NCBI GenBank assembly: GCA_964484305.1
Contig: CAZAEI010000002.1
Coordinates: 11,715-75,714 of the forward strand
Direction of reading: 5' to 3'
Source: an uncultured archaeon
GTDB taxonomy: Archaea; Aenigmatarchaeota; Aenigmatarchaeia; QMZP01
Length of the DNA: 64,000 nt
The notes under the pieces were generated by a model. It was not told where the DNA came from and did not search any database. It worked only from the letters and a program-made list of their open reading frames with translations. Position numbers and translations under genes: made by a program. Below, piece after piece: positions 54,666 to 63,771 of this stretch; within the stretch, counting starts at the first letter, position 1, and every line of letters starts with the position of its first letter.

Positions 54666-55703
54666 TCACATCTTGAGCTTGCCCCTCAGCTTCACGTACA
54701 TGCCGTAGTCTATGTTGGTCTTTCTGGAGATGTAGTGCTCTGTGGTGGGGGCGAGGTCTCTCCTCTCGCTTATCCTGTCGGTGACTGTGAAGGAGAAGGC
54801 GTCCGAGCCTGCTCCTGAACCATATGATACCATGAATATCCTCTGGCCGGGCTCCGCTACATCCAGGGTGCTGGCCAGGCCCAGGGGTGAGGAGCCCGAG
54901 TAGCAGTTGCCAATCCTGGTGACCACAAGGCCCTGCTTGAGCTGCTCCGGGGTGAAGCCCAGGAGCTTGGCTGCTGTGGTGGGGAACTTGCCGTTGGGCA
55001 TGTGGAAGACAACATAGTCATAGTCACTGGGCTTGGTTCCGGTCTTTTCCAGGAGCATCCTGGCTGCAGAGGTCACGTGCTTGAAATAGGCCGGCTTGCC
55101 AGTGAACCTGGCCCCGTGCTTGGGGTAGTCCTCCATACCCCTCCTCCAGAAATCAGAGGTGTCTGTGGTGAAGGAGCAGGTATCGTCGAGCGTGGCCAGT
55201 GGGTCCCTGCCTATTATGAAGGCCGCGCCGCCGGCTGCTGCCGTGTACTCAAGGGCGTCACCGGGCCTGCCCTGGGAGGTATCGGCCCCGATGGCAAGGC
55301 CGTATTCAATCAGGCCTGACTTTACCAGGGCATAGCAGACCTGTATGGCTGCTGTCCCTGCCTTGCAGGCAAACTCGAAGTCCGCTGTCATCAGGCTGCT
55401 GCCCAGGCTGAGGGCCTCGGCCACAACTGTCCCGGAGGGCTTCACGGCATAGGGATGGCTCTCGCTGCCTATGTAAATCGCGCCTATTGAAGCGGGTTTT
55501 ATGCCGGCACGGAGGAGGGCGTTCTTGCCTGCCTCTGTGGAGATGGTTATGGTGTCCTCGTCCATGTCAGGGACGCTCTTCTCATTAATCATGAGGCCCC
55601 TCTTGTAGTTCTCGGCGTTCTCGCCCCATATCCTTGCAATCTCCTCAACAGAAATCCTGTATCTGGGTACGTAGGCGCCGTAACCCGTTATTCCGATGTC
55701 CAT
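54666..55703 (-). CDS. Archaeal HMG-CoA synthase.
   Basis: [29 protein letters not shown], the catalytic Cys context [12 protein letters not shown], and synteny with thiolase and DUF35. Confidence 0.9.
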   Translation of the reverse strand: MDIGITGYGAYVPRYRISVEEIARIWGENAENYKRGLMINEKSVPDMDEDTITISTEAGKNALLRAGIKPASIGAIYIGSESHPYAVKPSGTVVAEALSLGSSLMTADFEFACKAGTAAIQVCYALVKSGLIEYGLAIGADTSQGRPGDALEYTAAAGGAAFIIGRDPLATLDDTCSFTTDTSDFWRRGMEDYPKHGARFTGKPAYFKHVTSAARMLLEKTGTKPSDYDYVVFHMPNGKFPTTAAKLLGFTPEQLKQGLVVTRIGNCYSGSSPLGLASTLDVAEPGQRIFMVSYGSGAGSDAFSFTVTDRISERRDLAPTTEHYISRKTNIDYGMYVKLRGKLKM

Positions 55704-55883
55704 CCCTTTTTCACCCTAGGCTTGTAATGATTCAGAATAGTATATATAGGGCACCGAAAGGCTTTTAAATGCCCGTACCCCTGTTCGACAATACAAGAAC
55801 ATGGCTCGAACCAGGGGCACCTGCGGGTTCCGAATGGTGCCTAGTGGGGCAATCTTATATTTATAAAAGCATCAATTCTGGTT
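55704..55883. promoter_or_regulatory. Divergent promoter region between the mevalonate operon and the carbamoyltransferase gene.
   Basis: TATA-like boxes agtatatatagg, cttttaaatg and cttatatttataaaagc. It also contains an imperfect inverted repeat CCCCTGTTCGA-N16-TCGAACCAGGGG and the hairpin GGCACC-N14-GGTGCC. Confidence 0.5.
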
Positions 55884-57623
55884 ATGAGCAAGACCATACT
55901 CGCCATTCATGACGGGCACACTGCCACAGCTGCCATTGTCAGGGACGGGAGGATACTGGCCTGCCTCAGCGAGGAGAGGCTCAACAGGGTAAAGGAGTGG
56001 GGTGGTGTTCCCGCGCTGGCCGTGAAGGAGGTCATGAGGATTGCCGGGGTGCAGCCCGGGGATATTGACAGCGTGGTCGTTCCCTCCCTGATAAACCCCA
56101 TAACGACCATGGAGGCCGGAAGGAGGAGCCTTCCCAGGAGGGTGTTCGGCCAGTCGTCAAGGCTCGTGCCAAAGGGTCTCCTGCGCTCTGACAGGTGGAT
56201 CAGGCCTGCTGTCGGGGTTCTCAGGAGGTTCAGGCACACCGAGGATATCAGGAGGGTCCTCAGGGACGTCGGGATAGGGAAAGAGCCCGTATTCTGCGAG
56301 CACCACCTGGCTCACGCCGCCACCGCCCACTATCCAAGGTGGTTCAGGAAGAAGAGGACCCTGGTCATAACAGCGGACGGCTCGGGTGACGCTGTCTCCG
56401 CAAGCATCAATATAGGCGACGGTCTTGAGATAGAGAGGGCCCTGAGCATATCGAACTACAATTCCCTGGGCGAGCTCTATTCCAGGGTGACAGAGTTCCT
56501 GGGCATGAAGCCACTCTCCCATGAGTACAAGGTCATGGGCCTGGCCCCTTACTCCAAGGAGGAGCACATCCAGAGGGCCTATAATGAGTTCAGAAAGATG
56601 ATGAGGATAAGCCCGAAGAATCCCCTGCTTTTTGAGAACATGAGCGGGGTGTGGAAGTGGCAGTACCTCCAGAAGCTCCAGAGGGTGTTTGAGAGGGAGC
56701 GGTTTGACAACATAGCGGGGGGGCTGCAGAGGTTCTTTGAGGAGATAGTGGTGAAGTGGGTCGGCAACATCATGGAGCACTATGATATACATGACATCTG
56801 CCTGGCAGGCGGGCTGTTCATGAATGTAAAGGCCAACCAGAGGATTCTGGAGATGCCCGGAGTGGAGAACTTCTTTGTGATGCCATCATGCGGGGACGAG
56901 AGCCTGGCCATAGGCGCCGGCCTCTGGCAGTACGTCCAGCTCTGCAGGGAGGACGGGACAAGGCCAAGGATAGAGCCCCTGGGGCCGCTCTACCTCGGGC
57001 CGGGATACACAGAGGATGAGCTAGAGGGGGCCATCAGGGGAAGCGAGCTCAGAAGGAAGTACAGGGTCGAGAAGATGGGCGACATTGACGGCTATGTCGG
57101 CGAGAGGGTCGCCCGCGGGGATGTCGTGGCGAGGTTCTCAGGGAGGTGTGAGTGGGGAGCCAGGGCCCTGGGAAACAGGAGCATACTGGCTGATGCCAGG
57201 AACAGGGATGTTGTCATGAAGATAAATGAGGCTGTGAAGAACAGGGACTTCTGGATGCCCTTTGCCCCGAGCATCATGAAGGAGCGGGCAGAAGATTATA
57301 TAGTCAACCCCAGGAGATTCCCGGCGCCGTACATGATTGTCTCGTTCGATACAACAGAGAAGGGAAGGGAGGCCCTGAGGGCGGCCCTTCACCAGTACGA
57401 CTTCACTGCAAGGCCCCAGGTGGTGGAGAAGTCCTGGAATCCCGGCTACCATAGGGTTATGAAGAACTTTGAGGACGAGACCGGGGAGGGGGGCTTCCTG
57501 AACACCTCCTTTAATCTGCATGGCTATCCCATTGTGTGCTCCCCCCAGGATGCCATAAGGACCCTGGAGGTCACGGGTCTTGAGAACCTGGCCCTGGGGG
57601 ACTGGTTTATTTCTAAGAAATAG
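55884..57623 (+). CDS. NodU/CmcH-family carbamoyltransferase.
   Basis: The 579-aa length fits the family. The N-terminus ILAIHDGHTATAAIVRDGRILACLSEERLNRVK and the C-terminal NTSFNLHGYPIV are characteristic. Confidence 0.85.
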   Translation: MSKTILAIHDGHTATAAIVRDGRILACLSEERLNRVKEWGGVPALAVKEVMRIAGVQPGDIDSVVVPSLINPITTMEAGRRSLPRRVFGQSSRLVPKGLLRSDRWIRPAVGVLRRFRHTEDIRRVLRDVGIGKEPVFCEHHLAHAATAHYPRWFRKKRTLVITADGSGDAVSASINIGDGLEIERALSISNYNSLGELYSRVTEFLGMKPLSHEYKVMGLAPYSKEEHIQRAYNEFRKMMRISPKNPLLFENMSGVWKWQYLQKLQRVFERERFDNIAGGLQRFFEEIVVKWVGNIMEHYDIHDICLAGGLFMNVKANQRILEMPGVENFFVMPSCGDESLAIGAGLWQYVQLCREDGTRPRIEPLGPLYLGPGYTEDELEGAIRGSELRRKYRVEKMGDIDGYVGERVARGDVVARFSGRCEWGARALGNRSILADARNRDVVMKINEAVKNRDFWMPFAPSIMKERAEDYIVNPRRFPAPYMIVSFDTTEKGREALRAALHQYDFTARPQVVEKSWNPGYHRVMKNFEDETGEGGFLNTSFNLHGYPIVCSPQDAIRTLEVTGLENLALGDWFISKK

Positions 57624-57624
57624 T

Positions 57625-58119
57625 TTACCCCCAAACTGATTCAGAATAAGCTTGGGAAAAGTATCTTTCAAGGTCTTCTATGGCTATCTCCCTGGCTGGG
57701 GTTGAGGGGGTGTCAGTAAGTTGTTTACGAAATTCCCTTTCGAGTATATCAATGTCTCCTCGGTCCATCTGCTTTCCCGTGTTGTTTGCCTGGATAGCAT
57801 CCTTATGAATGCCTGGGGTTTCAGTCCACTCCATTGCCATTTCTTTGAATTGGTGGGGTCTGACCAGACCGGCATTGATTCCTACCCGCAAAACCGAGAG
57901 TTCTTCGTCTTTAGACCCCTCTATACGCCTGAATTCCTGCACACGTCCCCTATATTCATCGCTAATAGCTTCACCAATTTCTGGATCTGGATGGAAAAAT
58001 CTTATTTTATATATTCTTATGTATCCTGTTTTACTGTATTTAGAATTATCTAAAAAGTCGAGATATCTGGGATTATCTGATACATTTTCCCATCCCACCA
58101 TTTCAAAGGCTTCAGTCAT
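57625..58119 (-). CDS. Hypothetical 164-aa protein encoded by a low-GC gene.
   Basis: A long ORF in a visibly AT-richer stretch. No SD and no recognisable motif. Confidence 0.5.
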   Translation of the reverse strand: MTEAFEMVGWENVSDNPRYLDFLDNSKYSKTGYIRIYKIRFFHPDPEIGEAISDEYRGRVQEFRRIEGSKDEELSVLRVGINAGLVRPHQFKEMAMEWTETPGIHKDAIQANNTGKQMDRGDIDILEREFRKQLTDTPSTPAREIAIEDLERYFSQAYSESVWG

Positions 58120-58150
58120 GTTTCAATAATAATCGAAAGCAATAAATAGG

Positions 58151-58759
58151 CTAGATGCTGTCCGATTTCAGGATTCTCACAATCTCAAAGGCCTCGGCGT
58201 GGCTTACTGCGGGGCCGAGCCCCCTGAACTGGCTGAGGCCCCGGATGGCATTGATTTTCATGTAGTCCCGGCCGTTCTGGGTAGTGAACTTGTTGAGTAT
58301 TTCTATCTTCCTGTCTATATAGCTGCTGATGTCCACATAGTAGTTGGGATTGAAGTTCAGGTAGAGGCTCGGGGACTCGTAGGCGAATATCTCCGGGACG
58401 AACCTGGCCGCCGAGAGGGTCGCATAGGCCGCGTTCCGGTGGTCCTGGTGGGTGTCCCTGACAGAGTGGGTGTAGACCCTTCTTGGATTCAAATCCTTGA
58501 TGATGGCCTCGAGTTTTTCTATCAGTTCGTGGCTCTGGGGTACTGCGGTGTCAGGGAAATCAAACATTTGGAGCTTGGCCCCGATTTTTCTGGCAGACTC
58601 CCCGGCCTCCCTGGTCCTTACCTCAGGGTCGCCTCCCCTTTCGCCCCTGCTGAGGATTACAAAGGTTACCTCGTCCCCCCTCTTGATATGCCTCATGATT
58701 GTTCCGGTACATCCGAACTCTATGTCGTCCGGGTGTGCGCCTATTGCAATGATGTTCAT
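58151..58759 (-). CDS. PIG-L/LmbE-family N-acetylglucosaminyl deacetylase.
   Basis: The AIGAHPDDIEFG motif and HQDH. The hairpin plus SD unit lies directly upstream. Confidence 0.85.
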   Translation of the reverse strand: MNIIAIGAHPDDIEFGCTGTIMRHIKRGDEVTFVILSRGERGGDPEVRTREAGESARKIGAKLQMFDFPDTAVPQSHELIEKLEAIIKDLNPRRVYTHSVRDTHQDHRNAAYATLSAARFVPEIFAYESPSLYLNFNPNYYVDISSYIDRKIEILNKFTTQNGRDYMKINAIRGLSQFRGLGPAVSHAEAFEIVRILKSDSI

Positions 58760-58765
58760 ATAATA

Positions 58766-58797
58766 TCACCTTCCGTCCCTGCGGGACGGCATACACT
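58766..58797 (-). repeat. Single hairpin plus SD unit (ATGCCGTCCC-GCA-GGGACGGAAGGTGA) between the ATP-grasp and PIG-L genes.
   Basis: It matches the core of the units at 53.1 and 63.2 kb. The SD lies 6 nt upstream of ATG 58759. Confidence 0.85.
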
Positions 58798-58810
58798 CCA
58801 TCTCCCTCGT

Positions 58811-59743
58811 TTATTTCATTCTCATTATCCTGTTCTCAAAGACACCCTCTCTCCACTCGGTTTGTGGGATGCCCTTCCCTGAAAGCATGCTGTAGAGGAG
58901 CTCTGCTGTGTTGGCTCCGGCCTCTGCAGTTATGGGCAGCCCGCCAGAGAACCTGGGATTTATCTCCACCAGCTTCATCCTGCCCGAGGTGTCTGCCTTG
59001 AACTGCATGTTTGCGGGGCCTATGAACCTAAGAATGCTGCATAGCTTTTTAATCTTTTCCTCTATTTCAGGGTGCCTCTGGGTCTCCCCCCTGGTGCAGA
59101 TGCCATCCCTGACCTCGAGCCTCTTCCTGGGGACTGCCACAACCGGGTTGCCCTCGAGGTCGCAGAGCACGTCCGCTGTGTATTCCTGGCCCGGGAGGTG
59201 CTCGCAGAATACATTGTCCCTGTTTATCAGTTCCTGGGGTATTTCCATGTAATTCTGAAAAAGGCGGGTTCCCCTGCTCCCCCGGCCCCTCCTGGGCTTC
59301 ATGAAGACGGGCCCCGGGCCGAAGGCCGCAAGCCCCTGGCGGCTGTCGGTGACGACATACCTGGGGCAGAAGGGCTCGTCCCTGACACTCTCGTAGAGTA
59401 GGGCCTTGTCGTCGCAGGTCTTGACCGTCGTGTATGGAGAGACCACGATCCTGGCATTGAAGTGAGCGGGCCGGTAGGAGAATACCAGGAGCTCCTCGTC
59501 GACCGTGGGGATGAGCACGTCTATTCTCTCCCTCTTTATGATTTCGTTTACGGCGCGCTTGAACGCGTCATGGCTCCTGGCGTGCGGGACCGTATAGAAC
59601 CTGACCCCTGAATTACCTGTCCTGACCAGGTCCTCCCTTTTCCTGGGGTTGGAGTCGCAGGCAGCCACGACAGAGCCCCCCGGAAGGAGGCTCACCACAT
59701 TGATTCCCGCGGGCCCGCCAAGGCCTGTAACAAGTATCCTCAT
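58811..59743 (-). CDS. ATP-grasp family ligase (carbamoyl-phosphate-synthase-like ATP-grasp fold).
   Basis: MRILVTGLGGPAG..., FMKPRRGRGSRG, LPGQEYTADV and LVEINPRFSGG. SD AGGTGAT lies 3 nt upstream of ATG 59743 and overlaps the stop codon of the upstream gene. Confidence 0.75.
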   Translation of the reverse strand: MRILVTGLGGPAGINVVSLLPGGSVVAACDSNPRKREDLVRTGNSGVRFYTVPHARSHDAFKRAVNEIIKRERIDVLIPTVDEELLVFSYRPAHFNARIVVSPYTTVKTCDDKALLYESVRDEPFCPRYVVTDSRQGLAAFGPGPVFMKPRRGRGSRGTRLFQNYMEIPQELINRDNVFCEHLPGQEYTADVLCDLEGNPVVAVPRKRLEVRDGICTRGETQRHPEIEEKIKKLCSILRFIGPANMQFKADTSGRMKLVEINPRFSGGLPITAEAGANTAELLYSMLSGKGIPQTEWREGVFENRIMRMK

Positions 59744-59751
59744 TGTATCAC

Positions 59752-60756
59752 CTAACCAAAGAACCATATCAGCCCGAGGCACCAGAGAGCGTAGAGGCCT
59801 GAGATGAGGACGGTCACGTCGTTCTCATAGCAGCGGCCCCTGACCTTCCTTATGGCCCGCATGGCCACGTGGGTGAGGGACCATATCTGGCGGTAGGGCT
59901 CCCTCAGGCTGTTGTCCCTGGAGGGAATGCCGAAGCACTCGGGCTTGAATATCTCCTTGTTCTTATAGATGTAGTGGAGCTCCCTGGACTTGATTGCGCC
60001 CTCCAGGATGTACGGGGCCATGATTAGAACCGCTATGCTCTGGAAGTTTCCCATCACGGCAACCACTGCGAAGAGTGCCCCCACAAAATAGGTGAGTGTG
60101 TCCCCTGGAAAGACCCTTGAGGGGTAGCGGTTGAAACGCAGGAAGGCCAGGAGTCCGGCCGCTGCGACAAGAAGGATGGGGAAGAAGACAGTGCCTTGGG
60201 TGAACCACATGAGGGTGAGGATTCCCGTTATAGCGAGAAGGGTCTCGAGGCCGTTGAATCCACCAAGGAGGTTCACGGCATTGGTGGCCACGATAAAGCC
60301 TATGGGAACCATGACCAGGGGATAGAACAGCCAGGGCATGGCTATCTGGTGACCAAGGACAGAGACCGCAACCCTGTCCAGGAGAAAGGGTATGAGCGGG
60401 AGGACTGCCACGGCTGTTATAAGGGGTTTCTTCCACCTGACAAAGCCCCTCTTCCAGCCGCTGACATCGTCTGCGTAGGCTATCACTGTTATTATGGAAA
60501 GGGAGGTTATGGAGGCCGCTGTGACCAGGATTCGCTCCAGCTGGCATGCAGACCAGTAGCTGTTCAGAATCACAAGCATGCCCAGGAGGAAGGCCGAAAA
60601 GACCACGATTCCGCCTGTCTCGGCTACCTTGGGCTTCTCCCTCTTGTTCATGTCCCTGCCTACCAGGCCTGTCCTCGTGGCCCTCTCTATCCACTTGGGC
60701 GTCAGGATGAGGGTGGCTACAAAGGCCAGGATTCCGGCCAGAGCGAGCTCGTACAT
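59752..60756 (-). CDS. Polyprenyl/dolichyl-phosphate GlcNAc-1-phosphate transferase (GT4 MraY/WecA/AglH family), polytopic membrane protein.
   Basis: Multiple TM helices, and the motifs YADDVSG and NAVNLLGGFNGLE. The start is either ATG 60756 or GTG 60765. Confidence 0.8.
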   Translation of the reverse strand: MYELALAGILAFVATLILTPKWIERATRTGLVGRDMNKREKPKVAETGGIVVFSAFLLGMLVILNSYWSACQLERILVTAASITSLSIITVIAYADDVSGWKRGFVRWKKPLITAVAVLPLIPFLLDRVAVSVLGHQIAMPWLFYPLVMVPIGFIVATNAVNLLGGFNGLETLLAITGILTLMWFTQGTVFFPILLVAAAGLLAFLRFNRYPSRVFPGDTLTYFVGALFAVVAVMGNFQSIAVLIMAPYILEGAIKSRELHYIYKNKEIFKPECFGIPSRDNSLREPYRQIWSLTHVAMRAIRKVRGRCYENDVTVLISGLYALWCLGLIWFFG

Positions 60757-60765
60757 ACAAAACAC

Positions 60766-60855
60766 CGTAACTGAAGTGTATTGTTGTTAATTAATATATG
60801 TGTTAAGGGTTTGGTTAAGTATTTAAATGTCTACTAATAAGTAGCAAGTGATATC
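60766..60855. promoter_or_regulatory. Divergent AT-rich promoter gap.
   Basis: ttaattaatatat and gtatttaaatg are TATA-like boxes between divergent genes. Confidence 0.45.
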
Positions 60856-61869
60856 ATGTTTGAGACACTATCGCGCAGCCTCAACAAGGGCACCGAGCTG
60901 GCTGCATACTCATGGAAGGGGATGAGGGACCTGAAGCCCAAATCAGTAGAACTGCCCGTCATGAGCTGCTGGCTGAGACCAGAGGTCTATTATGATTACG
61001 TCAGGGGTAAGGGCAGGGGTGTATACAACCTTCCGCCTGTCCCTAAGGAGGCCTTCATCAAGGGCAAGAATTATGACAGGGAACTTGAAAGGGACTTTCT
61101 GAGGGCAGTTGAAAAGAAGTATGGTGATTTCAGAATGATTGATGATTTTAAGGGGCCTGAAGTAGATGATACGAATTATGACCTTGTTCTGGGAAACTTC
61201 GGTGTTATAGAGCAGCATGGCTTTCACCTGCCCCTGGATTCTGACAACATAAGGATATACGGCCTTATCGGAGAGTTTCTGGGGAAGGGGGCCGTCCGCA
61301 AATCCCTAGTGTGCCACCAGGCACCATCCCTCTCATATGGGGTCACAGGACCGTATGAGATGGATTTTCCAGGAACCATAAACACCGGGCCTGAGATTCT
61401 TGAGGGGATGTGTCGCAACTATGTCTCTGAGATATCTGGTTCCCTAGGGAATTCAGGTATTCTGTTCCTTACGGCATATGCACACCCTGACCACCTTGGT
61501 GTGATAGAAAGAGTGGTTTATGGTTTTAAGGAAGGGCACTCGATTGAGTTCAAGTTTGACTTCGGACTCCTTGACCCTGAAAGGTTCGAGGTAAGAGGCC
61601 ACGCAAGCAGGAACGAAACCTCTGTTATCATGTTTTACAGGCCAGGAATGGTTGATATGAGTCAGGCTGTGGGAGGGAAAGTTGATAGGGAGTATTTTAA
61701 TAAAAGGGGCTATGTGGAGGGAGCAGAACCTGTTGGTTCGGGTGTTGATGGGGACGATGATAACAGCCCCAGACTCTCAACACCAGAATTTGGGAAGGGA
61801 TATGTGGATGGCATGGTGGATGGGATTGGAAACATGTATCAGGAAATGTCGCTCGGATATGGTGACTAA
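60856..61869 (+). CDS. Creatininase-fold amidohydrolase-like protein with an N-terminal extension.
   Basis: GVIEQHGFHLPLDSDN resembles the EQHGPHLP..TD motif, and YGVTGPYEMDFPGTI resembles yG.s..h..fpGTi. The usual NGHGGN block is replaced by TAYAHPDH. Confidence 0.5.
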   Translation: MFETLSRSLNKGTELAAYSWKGMRDLKPKSVELPVMSCWLRPEVYYDYVRGKGRGVYNLPPVPKEAFIKGKNYDRELERDFLRAVEKKYGDFRMIDDFKGPEVDDTNYDLVLGNFGVIEQHGFHLPLDSDNIRIYGLIGEFLGKGAVRKSLVCHQAPSLSYGVTGPYEMDFPGTINTGPEILEGMCRNYVSEISGSLGNSGILFLTAYAHPDHLGVIERVVYGFKEGHSIEFKFDFGLLDPERFEVRGHASRNETSVIMFYRPGMVDMSQAVGGKVDREYFNKRGYVEGAEPVGSGVDGDDDNSPRLSTPEFGKGYVDGMVDGIGNMYQEMSLGYGD

Positions 61870-62489
61870 ATTCTCTTCAGGTCCTCCGCATAGTGAGCAT
61901 CTGAATTGGTTACCATGGTGGCGCCAAGTTTTTTGCACATATCTAGGAAACCGGGTGGGGTTCTGTATGTTTCTACAAGACTGTCCTCGATGAGAACCCT
62001 TCTCTTTTTGCACTCCTTTATGATGACCTGGAGTTCTGGGGGTGTGAGGCTCACGTTTCTCAGGAAGGTCTGGGGATGGCCCCAGATATCGACCCTGGGG
62101 TGCCTGAGTGCGCCGAGGAGGGCCTGGATGAAGTCCTCCCTGGGGCCTTGGGGGAAGTCATGGAAGCTGGCAATGATAATCTCGGCCTTGCCGAGGATTT
62201 CCCTGGAGACATCCAGGCTGCCTGAGCGGTCGAGTATCTTGGTCTCGCACCCTGCCAGGATTTTGAGCCCCGGGAAGAGCTGCCTGGCCTCAATGATGTC
62301 ATTGAGGAAGTCGTCGTAGTCATATGAGATTTCCATGCGAACGTGCTCTGAGAAGCATATTAGCTTGAGGCCGTTCCGGACGGCCTGCTCGCACATCTCC
62401 ATTACGGTGTTAGAGCCGTCCGTGTAACTGGTGTGGACATGGAAGTCCCCGGTTTCAAGGCAGGCCCTGTATCTTTCCCAGTTCTTCAT
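61866..62489 (-). CDS. PHP-domain metal-dependent phosphoesterase (histidinol-phosphatase family).
   Basis: GDFHVHTSYTDGSNTVMEMCEQA..., FSEHV and TNSDAH. SD GGAGAT lies 3 nt upstream of ATG 62489. Confidence 0.75.
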   Translation of the reverse strand: MKNWERYRACLETGDFHVHTSYTDGSNTVMEMCEQAVRNGLKLICFSEHVRMEISYDYDDFLNDIIEARQLFPGLKILAGCETKILDRSGSLDVSREILGKAEIIIASFHDFPQGPREDFIQALLGALRHPRVDIWGHPQTFLRNVSLTPPELQVIIKECKKRRVLIEDSLVETYRTPPGFLDMCKKLGATMVTNSDAHYAEDLKRI

Positions 62490-62522
62490 GGTATCTCCTT
62501 CCCGGCCCGGAAGGCCAGGCAA

Positions 62523-62630
62523 TATAACAAATTAATTTAATTAGTGGTTTTAATATGTAAACTATACTCATGTTCCGTCCAAGGAACGGATTTTGCGTAA
62601 AGAGTAAATATAATCAAGCAGGTGCAGGGT
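62523..62630. promoter_or_regulatory. Divergent AT-rich promoter gap containing a degenerate hairpin unit (62567-62594, CATGTTCCGTCCAAGGAACGGA).
   Basis: ttaatttaatt, ttttaatatg and taaatataatc are TATA-like boxes. The hairpin resembles the middle unit of the 63.2-kb array. Confidence 0.4.
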
Positions 62631-63149
62631 ATGGACGCAATGGAATGCATCAGGGGGAGGGCATCGGTGAGGGGCTTCCGGGGGGATGATATTACCGAAC
62701 TCCTAATGGATGAGATTCTCGAGGCAGCCGTGGCAGCTCCGTCTGCAAAGAACTGCCAGGACTGGGAGTTCATAGTTGTGAAGAATCCTGAGAATAGGCA
62801 GAGGCTCGCAGGGGCTGCCCTGGGCCAGGACATGATAGAGGAGGCCCCTGTTGTCGTGGTGGTGTGCTCGAACCTGAAGAAAAGCAGCAGGTGCGGAACG
62901 CGGGGGGAGACCCTCTATAGCATACAGGACACGGCGGCGGCCACCCAGAACCTCATGCTCGCGGCCTGGGACAAGGGAATAGGCTCGTGCTGGGTTGGGG
63001 CCTTTGATGAGGGAAGGGTCAGGCAGGTCCTTGTCCTTCCGGAGCACGTGAGGCCCCTGGCCATAGTCCCGCTGGGCTACCCCGCTGAAACCCCCAAGAA
63101 GCCCGAGAGGTGGCCCCTCAAGGACTTTGTCCACAGGGAGCACTTCTGA
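62631..63149 (+). CDS. Nitroreductase-family flavoprotein.
   Basis: RASVRGF, APSAKNCQDWEFIVV and PLGYPAE. AGGTG lies 6 nt upstream of ATG 62631. The ORF track begins at GTG 62622. Confidence 0.8.
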   Translation: MDAMECIRGRASVRGFRGDDITELLMDEILEAAVAAPSAKNCQDWEFIVVKNPENRQRLAGAALGQDMIEEAPVVVVVCSNLKKSSRCGTRGETLYSIQDTAAATQNLMLAAWDKGIGSCWVGAFDEGRVRQVLVLPEHVRPLAIVPLGYPAETPKKPERWPLKDFVHREHF

Positions 63150-63198
63150 ATGGTTTTAAGTTTGATGGTCAATTATTGTGAATATAAAGAGGGTTTGA

Positions 63199-63321
63199 AG
63201 GAGTGCATGCCGTCCCGCAGGGACGGAAGGTGATGGGGTGTATGCCGTTCCGATGCCCCTTGTGGCATAAGAGGAACGGAGGGTGAAGGAGTACATGCCG
63301 TCCCGCAGGGACGGAGGGTGA
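63199..63321 (+). repeat. Three tandem hairpin plus SD units (35, 53 and 35 nt) immediately upstream of the 63328 start.
   Basis: GTGCATGCCGTCCC-GCA-GGGACGGAAGGTGA; then TATGCCGTTCC-N21-GGAACGGAGGGTGA; then GTACATGCCGTCCC-GCA-GGGACGGAGGGTGA followed by tatgatATG. Confidence 0.85.
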
Positions 63322-63327
63322 TATGAT

Positions 63328-63771
63328 ATGTCAAGCACCATGAAGCCGGCAGCTGCCATAATCATACTGATAATCATGGTCCTCTCGGCAGTGGGGTTTG
63401 CCATGAACAGTGCCACCTTCCAGCAGGAGCCCCCGGCCCCGGAGATACCCACTGTCATCAGGGAGCCTATTAGCCCTGACCAGCAGATACAGATTCTGAG
63501 GAGCGGCAGGGTCCTTATAGAGCATTTCTATCAGGAGAACTGCACGGACTGCCTGGACAAGAACGCCCAGCTCGAGACCTTTGCGAGCAGGCTCGAGGGC
63601 TATGTCGTCGTGAACGAGGTCGTGGGGAACGAGAGCAGGCTGGATATTATCGGGGCCGGAGGGAGGATAACAGACCTGACAGGCAAGCCCCTGGATTACG
63701 AGGGCCTGCTGGACACCTTCTGCGAGGTTGCGATAGCTCAGCCCAGGGCCTGCATCATAAGGGAGTTCTAG
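63328..63771 (+). CDS. Membrane-anchored thioredoxin-like protein (CxxC).
   Basis: N-terminal TM AAAIIILIIMVLSAVGFA. HFYQENCTDCLDKN contains CTDC in a thioredoxin-like context. A strong SD is supplied by the last hairpin unit. Confidence 0.5.
   Translation: MSSTMKPAAAIIILIIMVLSAVGFAMNSATFQQEPPAPEIPTVIREPISPDQQIQILRSGRVLIEHFYQENCTDCLDKNAQLETFASRLEGYVVVNEVVGNESRLDIIGAGGRITDLTGKPLDYEGLLDTFCEVAIAQPRACIIREF

Noticed and set aside
55760-55860. Possible tRNA or small RNA in the 180-nt divergent gap, because of inverted repeats and a GGTTCGA-like string.
   Set aside because: I could fold no cloverleaf with acceptor, D, anticodon and T arms. The T-loop-like string lacks a flanking 5-bp stem. The repeats are better explained as promoter or operator elements or a simple hairpin.
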